A stretch of DNA of 64,000 nt. Source: Geosiphon pyriformis uo1. Lineage: Eukaryota > Fungi > Glomeromycota. The stretch's first letter is position 1. Each line of letters opens with the position of its first letter. Of the stretch, positions 40,940 to 52,799 are shown piece after piece. The DNA lies in the NCBI GenBank assembly GCA_016748015.1, contig JAAOMT010000516.1, forward strand, positions 1-64,000, given 5' to 3'. A program made the position numbers and the translations under genes. The notes beneath the pieces were generated by a model. The model was not told the DNA's origin. It saw only the letters and a list, made by a program, of their open reading frames with translations, and ran no database searches.

Positions 40940-41922
40940 GTTTATAAAAGTAAAAATTTTTCCACTAATTTAAAAAAAATATTTGCATTGATTTTCAAAA
41001 GGAATTTTTTCTTTTTTAGGACTTTATCACAAGTTTTTCAGGCTATGGGATTCATAAACATGAGCCAAATTCGTCATAATATTCTACAGTTCCTCACAAC
41101 AAGAAACTGAAGATAAAAAAAAGGGGAATTTTATATCATGTTATAGAAGAATTGTAGGTGGCCAACAGTAAATAAAATACATTCATTAAAATATTAATGT
41201 AATCTTTATTTTGACTATTATTTAAATAAAAAATAATATATTCAGTCAGCAAAGAAAAGGATATGAACATAAATATAAATGCTTTAAGACTTTTTTAAAT
41301 ATAAATAAATATATATTTTTCATTATATTCAATAGTTTTAAGCCTTTTTTTTATTTCAATTCCTCAGAATTTCTCAAGAAATAAAATTCTGAATATATAG
41401 ACTGTTAGAAGAAGGATAAACGGTCTGCAAAATTATTGTATTAGACCAGATACCTGGTTTCTGTTTTAAAAATTTATAAAAATAAAAAAAGAAATTAAGA
41501 GTTTCAATGAAAAACCAAAATCTAGTCATTTATGCACCATTTTGTTTTGTTTTTCAAAAAAATTCTATTTTAGTGAAATTTTTTCAACACCAATTCTAAA
41601 CTTAATTAGAAGTCAATATTTTTTGGTTCACTTTTAATTAATTTTAAAACATATATATTAATAAAGCAAATTTAAATTGTAAATTAAAAATAAATAACTT
41701 TTATAATACTGTTTTTATATGTATAATCTTATTAATAAAAAAATAATTTGAATATTGTATCTTAAATTATCTAAAAAATTTGTTTTATTAAAAATAAAAA
41801 ATAATAATAGCAAAATAATTTATATTATAAATTATAAAAAGATTCTGTTAATAATTCAAACCAAAATTTTAAATAAAAATAATCAAGTGAATTCATCTTT
41901 ACAAAAAAATAATATAAAAAAA

Positions 41923-43246
41923 CTAAAGAGTCATCCATGGAAAGTTCTCAGGTGGACATTGCATCATCATCCCAATGTAAGGTCCATTATGCACGGCATA
42001 ATTACTGGTCATGCATTGGTTGTTACATTCCTATAAAAAATAAAGATGAAGATGATAAAATAAATAACCTTTTAAATCTAAGGAGAAATTTTTAGAAATA
42101 TTTACCGAGCTCTCTTCAACAAAATGATCTGGCCCTGTTTGTGGTCCTGTACAAGCAAATACCTTTTGGGTAGCACACAAGCAATTATCTGCCTCAATCC
42201 AATTTTCTAAAAGTGTGTGAATGTAAAATGATTTGGAAACTCTTTCTGGTAGCCTTGGAATATAATCATCCATATTAGTAATCCTATGAATTATAATTTT
42301 ACTGACAAGTGAATTTACATATTGTGCAAATTGATAATTCCCAACACGAGATTGTCCATAAGTATAAATTTTTATTTTTTGTTTAATGTTGAGTGTTATT
42401 AATTCTAGCATTTCAAGCAAAACATATACTAAAATTTTAAAAGTATATCGATTTAGTATTTAAAATTAAATATGTTTTTATTTTAAAAAATTCTATAAAT
42501 CACTTACCACCACCTGAACAATGTCCAATTCCAATAACCTTTCTAATAACTTCATTTTTAAGTAGACTATCATGAAATCTTTTAAATTTCTGTTATATGC
42601 TCTCAAAACGTCTCTTAAACTCTTGATTAATTTTTACTCCATCAATCTGAGAATAAGGGACCAAAATATTTTGTCTAGTTCTTCAGTATTCCTCGTTTCC
42701 TAATGGTTCACCTTTTACCACAATAATTATTGTGTTATCAACAGCAAAAAATTTCACTACAACAATATCGAAATTGTTCTATTAGGGCAAAATTATTTTT
42801 AAAATTATATCTGGTAAATTTCAAATAAAAATACCATAAATTTCTGGCCCAATAGCATACATTTCATTAAGACAATAAGAACCACCAGCAAGAAGTGTAA
42901 ATTCTTCCAAATAACCATAAGGGATTTTAAGATTCCTTTTCAGTAAAAAATGCCCTTTGGCCTTAATTTTATTATTAAAATTTAAGAAATTTATTAGTAA
43001 TGAGATATTTTTTTCCGTAAAAAAACATTTGCTTTTTAAATTTGGCCCTAATAAAACTTTCATTTGTTGGACTATAGGATTTTTTTGGGAATCACTTCTT
43101 GCTGGAACGAGCCTTGAATGAGCTGATGCTAAAAGATTGCCAGAATTTGGGAGAATTTCCATATCCATAATATCATTACCTAGACAAATTCTAATACAAA
43201 AAGAAATATGATAAAGTAGAACTGAAATATACGACTTCCTAACCAT
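41923..43246 (-). pseudogene. Secreted-type class-3 lipase-like pseudogene 2
   Basis: Signal-peptide-like MVRKSYISVLLYHISFCIRICLG; LAGGSYC; elbow IGHCSGG (42509-42529) followed by GTAAG; YTYGQSRVGN; RITNMDDYIPRLP; last exon ECNNQC...VHNGPY. In-frame stops at 42683-42685 (TGA) and 42593-42595 (TAA). Confidence 0.82.
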
Positions 43247-44745
43247 CTTTTGAAATAAAGTGTTAATTTTTAGTGCTAAAATTTCTTAAATAATGTATTG
43301 ATGTTATTTTGAATTATTTAATAGCTGTATAAAATCTTGTAGAACTTTAACTTCATAAATACAATTTTTGATGATTAATTTGTTATATCAATTATTTGAT
43401 ATCCCGGAGAATTTTCTCCCTCTTAAATCCATGTGTACATAATGTATATCAAACATTAAATTTTATGCAGAAAATTATCCAATTTTTCTTGATATGATTA
43501 TAGTATGAAATATGTTTTTAAAGACTTAAAATAAAATAAGTAAGATAAACATTATAAATAAAAATAAATAAGATTTAAAATTGAGAGACATAGCATATTG
43601 AGTTAAAATATTATGATTGTAATTTATAATGTTACTAAAAAGACTTTTTTTTAAAAACCATTTTTTAAAAGTATATATATACGTTATAATAATTTCAATG
43701 TTTATATCCCTAATTAATTTGTTTTTATTGAGTCTTCAAAGAATTTTACTGTTAAATTAAAAAAAAAAAGTTTTTTTCATAATTATAATTTTTCTATTGA
43801 ATTTTTATTCTTAAAAAATATTTATTATAAATTAAAATAATCATAATTTATATTATAATAATTTGTTATATATATATTGAAATTTATTAAATTAAAATAT
43901 ATTTATTGTTTAATAATTGGGAAATAAAGTTTGATTTAAAAAGTTTAAGTTAATAATAATAATAATAATTTTGTAAAAAATATTTTATATGGTTGCAATT
44001 AAAGAAAAATATAAATTGTGAAACTTTAAAAAATTTATATATATATATATATTTTAAAAACTATTAGTTTATTCAAAGTAATATTTATTGCTTTACTTTT
44101 ATTTGTTTAAAATTTTTAATTTTTATTATAATAAAGATATTAAAATATTTTTTTTGCTATAAAAAGCAATTTCTCTTAATTCTTTAATTTAATTATTATT
44201 TATTAATTATTTCAATAATTTAGGTTATTTATTTTAATTGCAAAGTGTTTCTTATCATAATAAATAAATAAATAAATCAAACAAACAAACGGTATACTCC
44301 CTCAAGTTTACACCTAACGGTAGAATTTCTCAAAATAATTATGGAAAGATAGAAATATTTCATGTTTATCTTTTTAATTCTAAATAAATTTTAGTAAAAA
44401 ATATTTGTTTAAACAAGTTCCCTAATTATTTCCTTGGAATGGAACATTAATTCAAAGGTTTTTTTTTAATTAACTCTGAAAAATAAGTTGGAAAAATAAA
44501 ATTTATTTTGATATCAATTTATACAGTGATATTGGTTTGAATTAAATTCAAAAAGATAAAAAGTTTCTTTAGATTAATAAAAGAATTTCTTCGTTGTAAA
44601 AATTTTTTTGCCCCAATCGATAAAAGTTTCAAATTAGGATATTTAAATAAAAAAATTAAAAAAAAACTTTTGGTATATACGTGAATTAAAATATGTCAAG
44701 AATGTTTAAATGTTGAGAAATAAAAAAGTGTTATAATAATCACTC

Positions 44746-44866
44746 ACCATCCTTTCCAACTACATGTCCTAGAAAGCTAATTCATTTTTCCCAAAGAAGC
44801 ATTTTTCTAAATTTAATTTGAGTCCAGCGTCTCAAAAACTTGTTGTAAATATTGGAGATAATCCCC
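44746..44866 (-). mobile_element. Ty3/gypsy reverse transcriptase fragment
   Basis: With two frameshifts it reads DYLQYLQQVFET..GLKLNLEKCFFGKNELAF-LGHVVGKDG, the typical post-YxDD RT segment (HL..VF..L...GLKLN.EKC.F....L.FLGH). Confidence 0.65.
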
Positions 44867-47800
44867 AATATATTCGCTTTATTTGTACATCAAATTAACA
44901 ATGTAGAAATTTGTAATGAAATCACAATTCAAAATGCTATTATGTGTTTAAAAAAGGTTTACCAGAATGTTCCAAGTATTATTATAATAAATTTTTCAAT
45001 TCAAATGAACAGCATACTCTTAATATTTTCATTGTTTAAAAAGCTTAATAAAAGGATTTCAATTTTATATTTAGATGCTATTAAAAAGTGTGCATCTATT
45101 GCGCTCGAACTATGTGAGCCAAGAGCCTTAATCCCATATGAACCATAATTAAAACCAAATACTTTTATTTGTTGTCTTAACACTCAAATGGACATCATCC
45201 ACTACAGCACCATTGAATATCACCAGCCCATCCTTTTAATTAGCCCTGAGCGCAGTGTGAGGAAGCCATGCTCAATCACAATACATGATTAAAAATTTCT
45301 TACCAACTCAACAATTTGGAAGTGGTCAACATACAATCCTTGAAGATGAAACCTTTGAAAGCTTTGTCTTTATACTAGAGAATTTGAATCCTTAACTGCT
45401 TAAGAATGATCGACTCATCTCAAAATTATTTTTTGTTGCAATACTTTCTAAACATCTTGTTTTTTTAATTCTTTTTAATAATTTTTAATTTATTATTTGT
45501 GTTAAAGCTTATAAAGTTAGTAACAATATTGAATTAAAGTATTTATATTTGAATAGTTAATGATTAAATTTACAAATTTTTAAATTAATTAATTAATTTG
45601 TTGCAAAAAATAAAAATTTATTATATTATATCACTTTCGTATAAAAATGTAACTTTAAACTATACACACATAAAAACAAATATCTCTTTAAGTTAATATG
45701 CCTATAATATTTGGATAAATTCAGATCGCAAATATGATGATATAATAAATTCTACAATTTGTTATTTTAAAGAAGTAAAACTAATTAAATGGTTAATTAG
45801 GTTTATATATTAAAACTTTAAAGTATTTTATGTTTGATTGAAGTCAAAATTAAAGAAATATTTTCCAATTCAAGTTCGCACTTTGAATATATGATGAAAA
45901 AATGCCTTATTGATTAGAATTAAAGTTTGTTTTCAATTAATTTTATTAATTTTTGCTTAATAGAATCAAACATTTATTTGCTATTATTACAAAAGTCTTT
46001 TAAAATTATATCTTAAAATAATTATCAGCGTTAATTGTGATGATAATCTATATAAATTTAGTTTATAAAATTTCATTAATTTTGTGTTTTTGTAAACCTT
46101 AAATTAATATTCACACTAACTAACCAATTAGAATTTGTAAATTCCAAATCGAATTTTTAAATTGTTTATAAAAAGTAAAATTGCTTATTTGGTAAATTAA
46201 ACTCATATATTCATAGATAGTTTAGTTTTAAATTTATAAATTTTTGGAATAAATCCTAATGTCTAAAATAATTATGTTCAAAAATAAATTCTAATTTTCA
46301 GATTAATTTGAATGAATTTAATAATTTATTCTTAGATATGTTAAGTGTCAATTTAAATTAAGTCAATTAAATCTTATTTTATTTATTATTAATATCAATA
46401 TTTTAATTTATTTTAAATATATATTTTTATAATTAAAAAACAATCTAAGTTTTGTTTAAATCTCTGATAGCAATAATTCAAAAAATTATATTGTAAAAAA
46501 CAATTTTTTTTTGAATATTTTTGCAATAAATTTTAAAAAAATAAAATAAATAATAACAATAAAATTTAATAAAATGTGTAAGTTCATTAAATAAATAAAA
46601 TTAACTTTAAAAATATTAATATTTAATTATTATGTACTAATTATGCTAATACAAATATTTAACAATAAACAATAATAATTTTTTTAATTGAAACAATAAG
46701 AATAATAATACATTTATCAAAAATTAAAATTAAATTTTTAATAAATTATTACAAATTATAGAAGCAAAACAAGCTATATTTTAATACGTATTTTTTTTAT
46801 TAATAAACAGTATTATGTATTTCAAAAAACTGATTGATATTATAAAAATTAAAACAACATCTTTTTTTCTCATATCATTGCACTTTTTAATAATAATATA
46901 ATAATTAAAAAAGTTATTATCAATTGTTGAAATTTTTTTAGAGAAATAATTTTTATTTTGGTGCTTAATAATTAATGGTTTTTTGAAAATTAGGTAATAT
47001 AAAACTTTTAATTTAATTTTGTTGGTCTTAAATTGGTTATTAAAAATAATATTATGTAAAGTTTAAAATTTTTTAAATGTTGTTATTAAAATTAAGCTTG
47101 CCAATTTACTTTTTTATTATATTTAAAATTTCCAAATTTGTGGTTATTGTTGAATTTTGTAATTTTTTTTGGGATATTTTTTAATAACATCAAAAAATGT
47201 TCTCAAAATATTTTATTAAAATTATTGCTGTTATATTAAACTAGTTGATTTGTATTAATATTTTATGGTTTATTTGAAAAATTTGTTAAATAAAACATTG
47301 ACCCGATAATTAATTTTAGATGCAAAAATAGCATTAAAGTTTTTAATTATTTGACTTTAAATTCTAAACTGTTTTTTTTGGCTTTAACAAAACTTTAATG
47401 TTTTAAGTTATTGTTTAATTTGGTTGGTTGGTTTATTGTTATGTGCTCAAATTACCTGGAAAAACTCATATTTAAAATTTGATTTTAAAATAAATTTTCC
47501 AAAATACAAGATAAAATTTATACCAGTGAAAGCCAAGGAAATTACTTTAAACTTGTTATTAAAGCCTATCATTGATAAAGTAGAGTGATATACCTTTTCT
47601 TGATATTAAGAATTTTTTTTGGAAGCTGCATTTCGGTTGTTACGTGAAAAAATCTCATTTAAACTAAAATAGCAATAAGACAATAACATTTGAGTTCCTA
47701 AACAATCTTTACCTGTTTAATCAATCTGGCTCAGAGGTTGTGTGTTTTCAGACTTTCCAACGTTTCTAATTTCTTTAAGGCCTAGCCTTTTCAAGAATGT

Positions 47801-47900
47801 GATTAGAGGTTGAAATTCTTATTTATTAACAAGACAAACTCTTTCTTTACCCATACAAAATATTCAAGGCTTAATACTGTTCTTGTTTTGTTTGAAAATC

Positions 47901-50900
47901 ATGTCTTTAAATTCATCAACTGAAAATGCAACTTCAACCCTCAACTGGCTTGAAGGAACATTGCTTGTTATCAAAGAAAATTTGGCCATTTTTCCAGCTA
48001 CTGAATATTCAAAAGTTGCTGAATTAGTGAAAAAATATCTTGTGCACAATCAAAAAACACCTGAAAATTTGTTTGATTGCTTAAATAAGCAATATTCAAT
48101 ATTTTACTTGGCTTTTCTTTAGAACATGAGATTGGAACTACTCTTAATTTAACAAAAGCATTTTTAAAATATCAGAAAGCAGCGAATGCAAAAGATTCTC
48201 TTGGACAATTCTTCTTAGAATGTTGTTATGATACTGGAATGGGTACTTCTCAAGATCAAAGAAAAGCATATGAACTCTATTCAAAAGCTGCAGAGGCGGG
48301 TAATACATTTGCACAATACAATCTTGCAGTTTGTTATTTAAATGGAGAAGGGACGATGAGAAATTCAGAAAAAGCATTTGAACTTTATTCAAAAGCAGCA
48401 AAGGCGGGACATGTAACTGTACAAAATAATCTTGCAGTTTGTTATGCTAATAGAAAAAAAACGACAAGAAATTCAGAAAAAGCATTTGAACTTTTTTCAA
48501 AAGCAGCAGAGGCGGGACATTTAAATGCACAAAATGATCTTGCATATTGTTATTATAATGGAGAAGGAATGACAAAAAATTCAGAAAAAGCATTTGAACT
48601 TTTTTCAAAAGCAGCAGAAGCAGAACATTTAGATGCAAAATACAATCTTGCAGTTTGTTATGCTAATAGAAAAAGAACGACGAGAAATTCAGAAAAAGCA
48701 TTTGAACTTTATTCAAAAGCAGCAGAGGCGGGACATTTATATGCAAAATACAATCTTGCAGTTTGTTATGCTAATGGAGAAAGAACGACGAGAAATTCAG
48801 AAAAAGTATTTGAACTTTATTCAAAAGCTGCAAAGGCAGGACATTTATATGCAAAATACAATCTTGCAGTTTGTTATGCTAATGGAAAAGGAACGATGAA
48901 AAATTCAGAAAAAGCATTTGAACTTTATTCAAAAGCTGCAGAGGCGGGACATTTATATGCAAAATACAATCTTGCAGTTTGTTATACTAATGGAAAAAAA
49001 ATGACAAGAAATTCAGAAAAAGCATTTGAACTTTATTCAAAAGCACCAGAGGTGGGACATTTAAATGCACAAAATAATCTTGCAAGTTGTTATTTAAATG
49101 GAATAGGAACGACAAAAGATTCTGAAAAAGCGTTTGAACTTTATTTAAAAGCAGCAGAGGCGGGATATTTAAAAGCACAATACAATCTTGCAAGTTGTTA
49201 TTTAAATAGAAAAGGAACGACAAGAATTCAGAAAAAGCATTTGAACTTTATTCAAAAGCTGCAGAGGCGGGACATTTAGGTGCACAAAACAGTCTTGCAA
49301 GTTGTTATTTAAATGGAATAGGAATAACAAAAGATTCAGAAAAAGCATTTGAACTTTATTCAAAAGCTGCAGAGGCGGGACATCTAAATGCACAAAATAA
49401 TCTTGCAGTTTGTTATGCTCATGGAGAAGGAACGACGAGAAATTCAGAAAAAACATTTGAACTTTATTCAAAAGCAGCAGAGATGGGAAATTTATTTGGA
49501 CAAATCGCTCTTAGAGCATATCATCGATATCAATTAGAAATAACGGAAGATCAGGAAAAAGTGGGAAATCCGAGTTCACAAACCAGTATTGGAATGTACC
49601 ATCGAAAGGGATGGGAAATAGTGAAATATTTAGAAGAAACATTTCAATTCTATTTAAAAACAGCAGAGGCAGGAAATCAAAATGCACAATATAACCTAGA
49701 ATGGTGTTATCAAAATGGATAGGAAACCACAAAAAACCTCCACAAAGCATTTGAACTCTATTTAAAAGCAGCGGAAGCAAATAACTTGTGTTATCAAAAT
49801 GATTTTCCTGATTTGAATGTCCATGACCTTTCTTTAGAGGACCAAGACAATCTGGAATATATTATTTTACGATTCCAAAATCGAGGCTTTAAATACAGTG
49901 ATAATTTCCAAGGAGAATTTTTAAATTTTGAAGCCTTCTTTGACCAGCTTTCAGATGAATTCAAGTGTTTTAAATGTGGCAACTTGGGTATAATCATTAA
50001 TGGATCTCCTATATGTCCATTTTGTGATACTAATAAAAGGGAGGATGTCTTTAAAGCTAGATTGCCGAAATGTCTAGAATGTTATAGAACATTAAAAGAT
50101 CTACTTTGGTGTGTATTTTGTGAAACATCACGATTTTCACAGATTCGGAACACATGGAAAAGTGGAAATGATAATATTGATCAGTATATACTATACACAC
50201 AGCGAAATTCTGAAAACTGCAGAGGCTGTTTGGAATGGATTTCTCCTGATGAGATTATATATTTAGATCAGGTAGGAGTGGGAGAATTTGGTACTGTGAA
50301 AGAAGGTAGATGGAAGAGAGGCAGAATTCTATTTTGGGACAATAAAATCCAAAAGTATGAACGAACTGGTGTTACAAAGATTGCTTTGAAATATCTTAAA
50401 AATAGCCAAAATATAGAACATATCAATTCAGATGAGGTATTTCCTTTTAAGAAATCTATGTGATTTTTATTATCCCTCTTTCTTTTCTAACACTAAAACT
50501 ATATTTGTGTAGTTTATTTCGCATTATCAAAGTGCCACTTGCAAATACATCCTTGAATGCTATGGGATCACAAAAGACATTACAACCGATAATTATGTTA
50601 TGGTTTTACCATTTGCGGAACACGGGGATCTCAGAGCTTTTCTCAAGTTGAACGAAGATATTCTTATTTGGGACATGTTTTTTTGTATTCTTTTTCAAAT
50701 CGCTGGTGAACTATGATTTATCTATGAATCAAAACTGGTGCATGGGGACTTGCATTCTGGAAATATCCTTGTTTTGAAAACAAACCCCTTAAAAGTTGTC
50801 ATTTCTGATCTTGGACTCTGTCGTCCTGCAGATGACACTCCACAGTCTGGAAAAATTTATGGTGTTCTTGAGTATCTTGTGCCAGAAATTTTTGAGGAGA

Positions 50901-51388
50901 GTTCTCATACTAAGTATAGAGATATATACAGCTTTGCTATCATTTCATGTGAAATTATATCGAGAGAAAGACCTTTTAATAATACAGATCCTATCAACAT
51001 GGTACATGATGTGATTAAGGGAAAGCGTCCTACAATCAAGAAACATACACCTCAATGTATTCAGGAAATAATTGGAAAAAATTGGCAATATGATCCGTCT
51101 TGTCGTGATAGTGCAGAAAAACTTCAACAAAAAGTCATTGCTGCTCGCGATAATTGTCATTTAAATGAACTTGTCCATGAGAAAAGACTTAATTCTGAAG
51201 AGGTAAAAGGTGCTCAACATGATGAAACAAGATATAAAAGTCAACATATCTTGAACTTTACATGTTCAATGAGTGGTAAGACTTTCATTTATTCATATTT
51301 AATGGTGAAGAATTTTTTGATTAAGCGTTTTTTTTCCAGATCTGAATTCTTCTATTAGCATTAGTTATACGAATAAAAACACACTTGA
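47901..51388 (+). pseudogene. Sel1-repeat + Cys-rich linker + TKL-type kinase pseudogene (paralog B)
   Basis: ATG at 47901. Frameshifting deletion at ~48089-48096. 11 core Sel1 units; -1 frameshift at ~49225; TGG>TAG at 49720-49722. Linker CFKC/CPFC/CLEC/WCVFC then WKSGNDNID..LEWI. Kinase exons split by intron 50437-50512; CGA>TGA at 50714-50716; HGDLHSGNIL and SDLGL present. Confidence 0.92.
48254..49490 (+). repeat. 108-nt Sel1 tandem array of paralog B (11 core units)
   Basis: Repeated aattcagaaaaagcatttgaacttt(a/t)ttcaaaagc(a/t)gcagaggcgggacattta with period 108. Confidence 0.95.
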
Positions 51389-52799
51389 ACAAATCAGTAA
51401 GCACTTTCAAATTATTTTAATAATATTATTAATTGTTTTTTATCAATATCTAACTATGAAATGGTTTGAAACAGATGAATTATTTGAACAAAGAATTGTT
51501 TTTTTAAAAAAATATTATATATGATTTGATTAGTTAAGGGAATTTAAAATATATTTATTTAATTCATCTACTCCATTTTTAAATATCAGACTATTATTAA
51601 TTTTGAACCGTTTTCTTGTCATAACAAATCGATATATCTCGTTAAAATTTTTTATTTAAATATCCATAAAAAAAATTATTTATTTGAAATAAAAACTTAT
51701 TTAATTTAGTATTTTTAAACCATTACTTTGCAATGGCAGAAAAGCTTCACCCATCAAAAAATATTTAAATTTATAAAAATCATTACAATTGGAATAAAAA
51801 TACTCATTTGAAAAATTTAAAAAAATAATTGTCAAATTATTTTTAAACTTAGAATTTTAATATTTAGAGATAATTTTAAAATTATCTCTAATAAATCTGA
51901 AATTTACTATTTTTTGTAAATTTTATAATTTAATTAAAAACTTTCTCAGTTCACCAAACACTTTTGTATTTGATTTCTGCTAGTTTCTATAATTATTAAA
52001 TTAGATCTCTGGTCTGTTGTTTAAATGTAAAGTTTTTCAAGAAAAAGTTCCATAAACTCAAAAGTGTAAAAGGGCAATAGTATATAATAATAAAATTATT
52101 GATAGCTAATTAAACATCAGCCAAATACGGTGAAAAATATCTAGTTTTTCTTTATCCAAATTTAACACTCTAGAACTTTCCAGGCTGTTCATCCTCATTA
52201 ATATCTTAAACAGTCGATACAAACGGCCTGGTAAAAATTTTAAGTTAATTTAATATCAAAAGTTTTATTAAAGACCAAAGAATCGCATATTAAATCTTAT
52301 ATTAAAAAAATCTGTTGCTATAATCTTTCTAACAATATGTCTTGGTGGAATTATGATCAATTTTTAAAGGTAATTTTTTGTCAAACTATATATTGGTGAG
52401 ATAATTTTGCAAGCAATTAATTATTATTCTGAAGAATAAAATTAAAAAAAATTTGAAAGACAGATTGTGAACTAATGAATCCGAAATTTTTTTTCAAACA
52501 TAGGCTTCAAACTAATAAAAAAAATAACATAGATTTATAAGTTTAAAATTTATTATTTATTTTATATTTGAGCCAATAATACCAAATAGAAAAACCATAT
52601 TAGCAAAATTTCTCATATATTTAATGATTTTATATTTTATACAAAATTTGATATTATATTCCTTATCTTAAATTCACATAAAAATCTAACATTTAAATGA
52701 ATGAAGAATTATAATAAATCTATTCAAATTTTATTTATTTATATACTTGTTCAAATGAGTGTATCTTTTTACTGCTAATGGGCATAAATGTGAATTGCA

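Larger units (their letters stand above)
46024..51566 (+). repeat. Right arm of the inverted segmental duplication (partner 23128-28865)
   Basis: Reverse-complement match over the upstream region, gene and 3' flank. Confidence 0.92.

Noticed and set aside
25158-49997. Short antisense or alternate-frame ORFs over the Sel1 and kinase genes (e.g. 25824-26117, 48144-48401, 48633-48899, 49202-49471)
   Set aside because: Shadows of the repetitive coding strand.
2114-50716. Alternative genetic code or stop readthrough explaining the in-frame stops
   Set aside because: Stops are a mixture of TAA, TAG and TGA at Trp, Gln and Arg positions, accompanied by frameshifts and missense transitions, which fits C>T/G>A decay.
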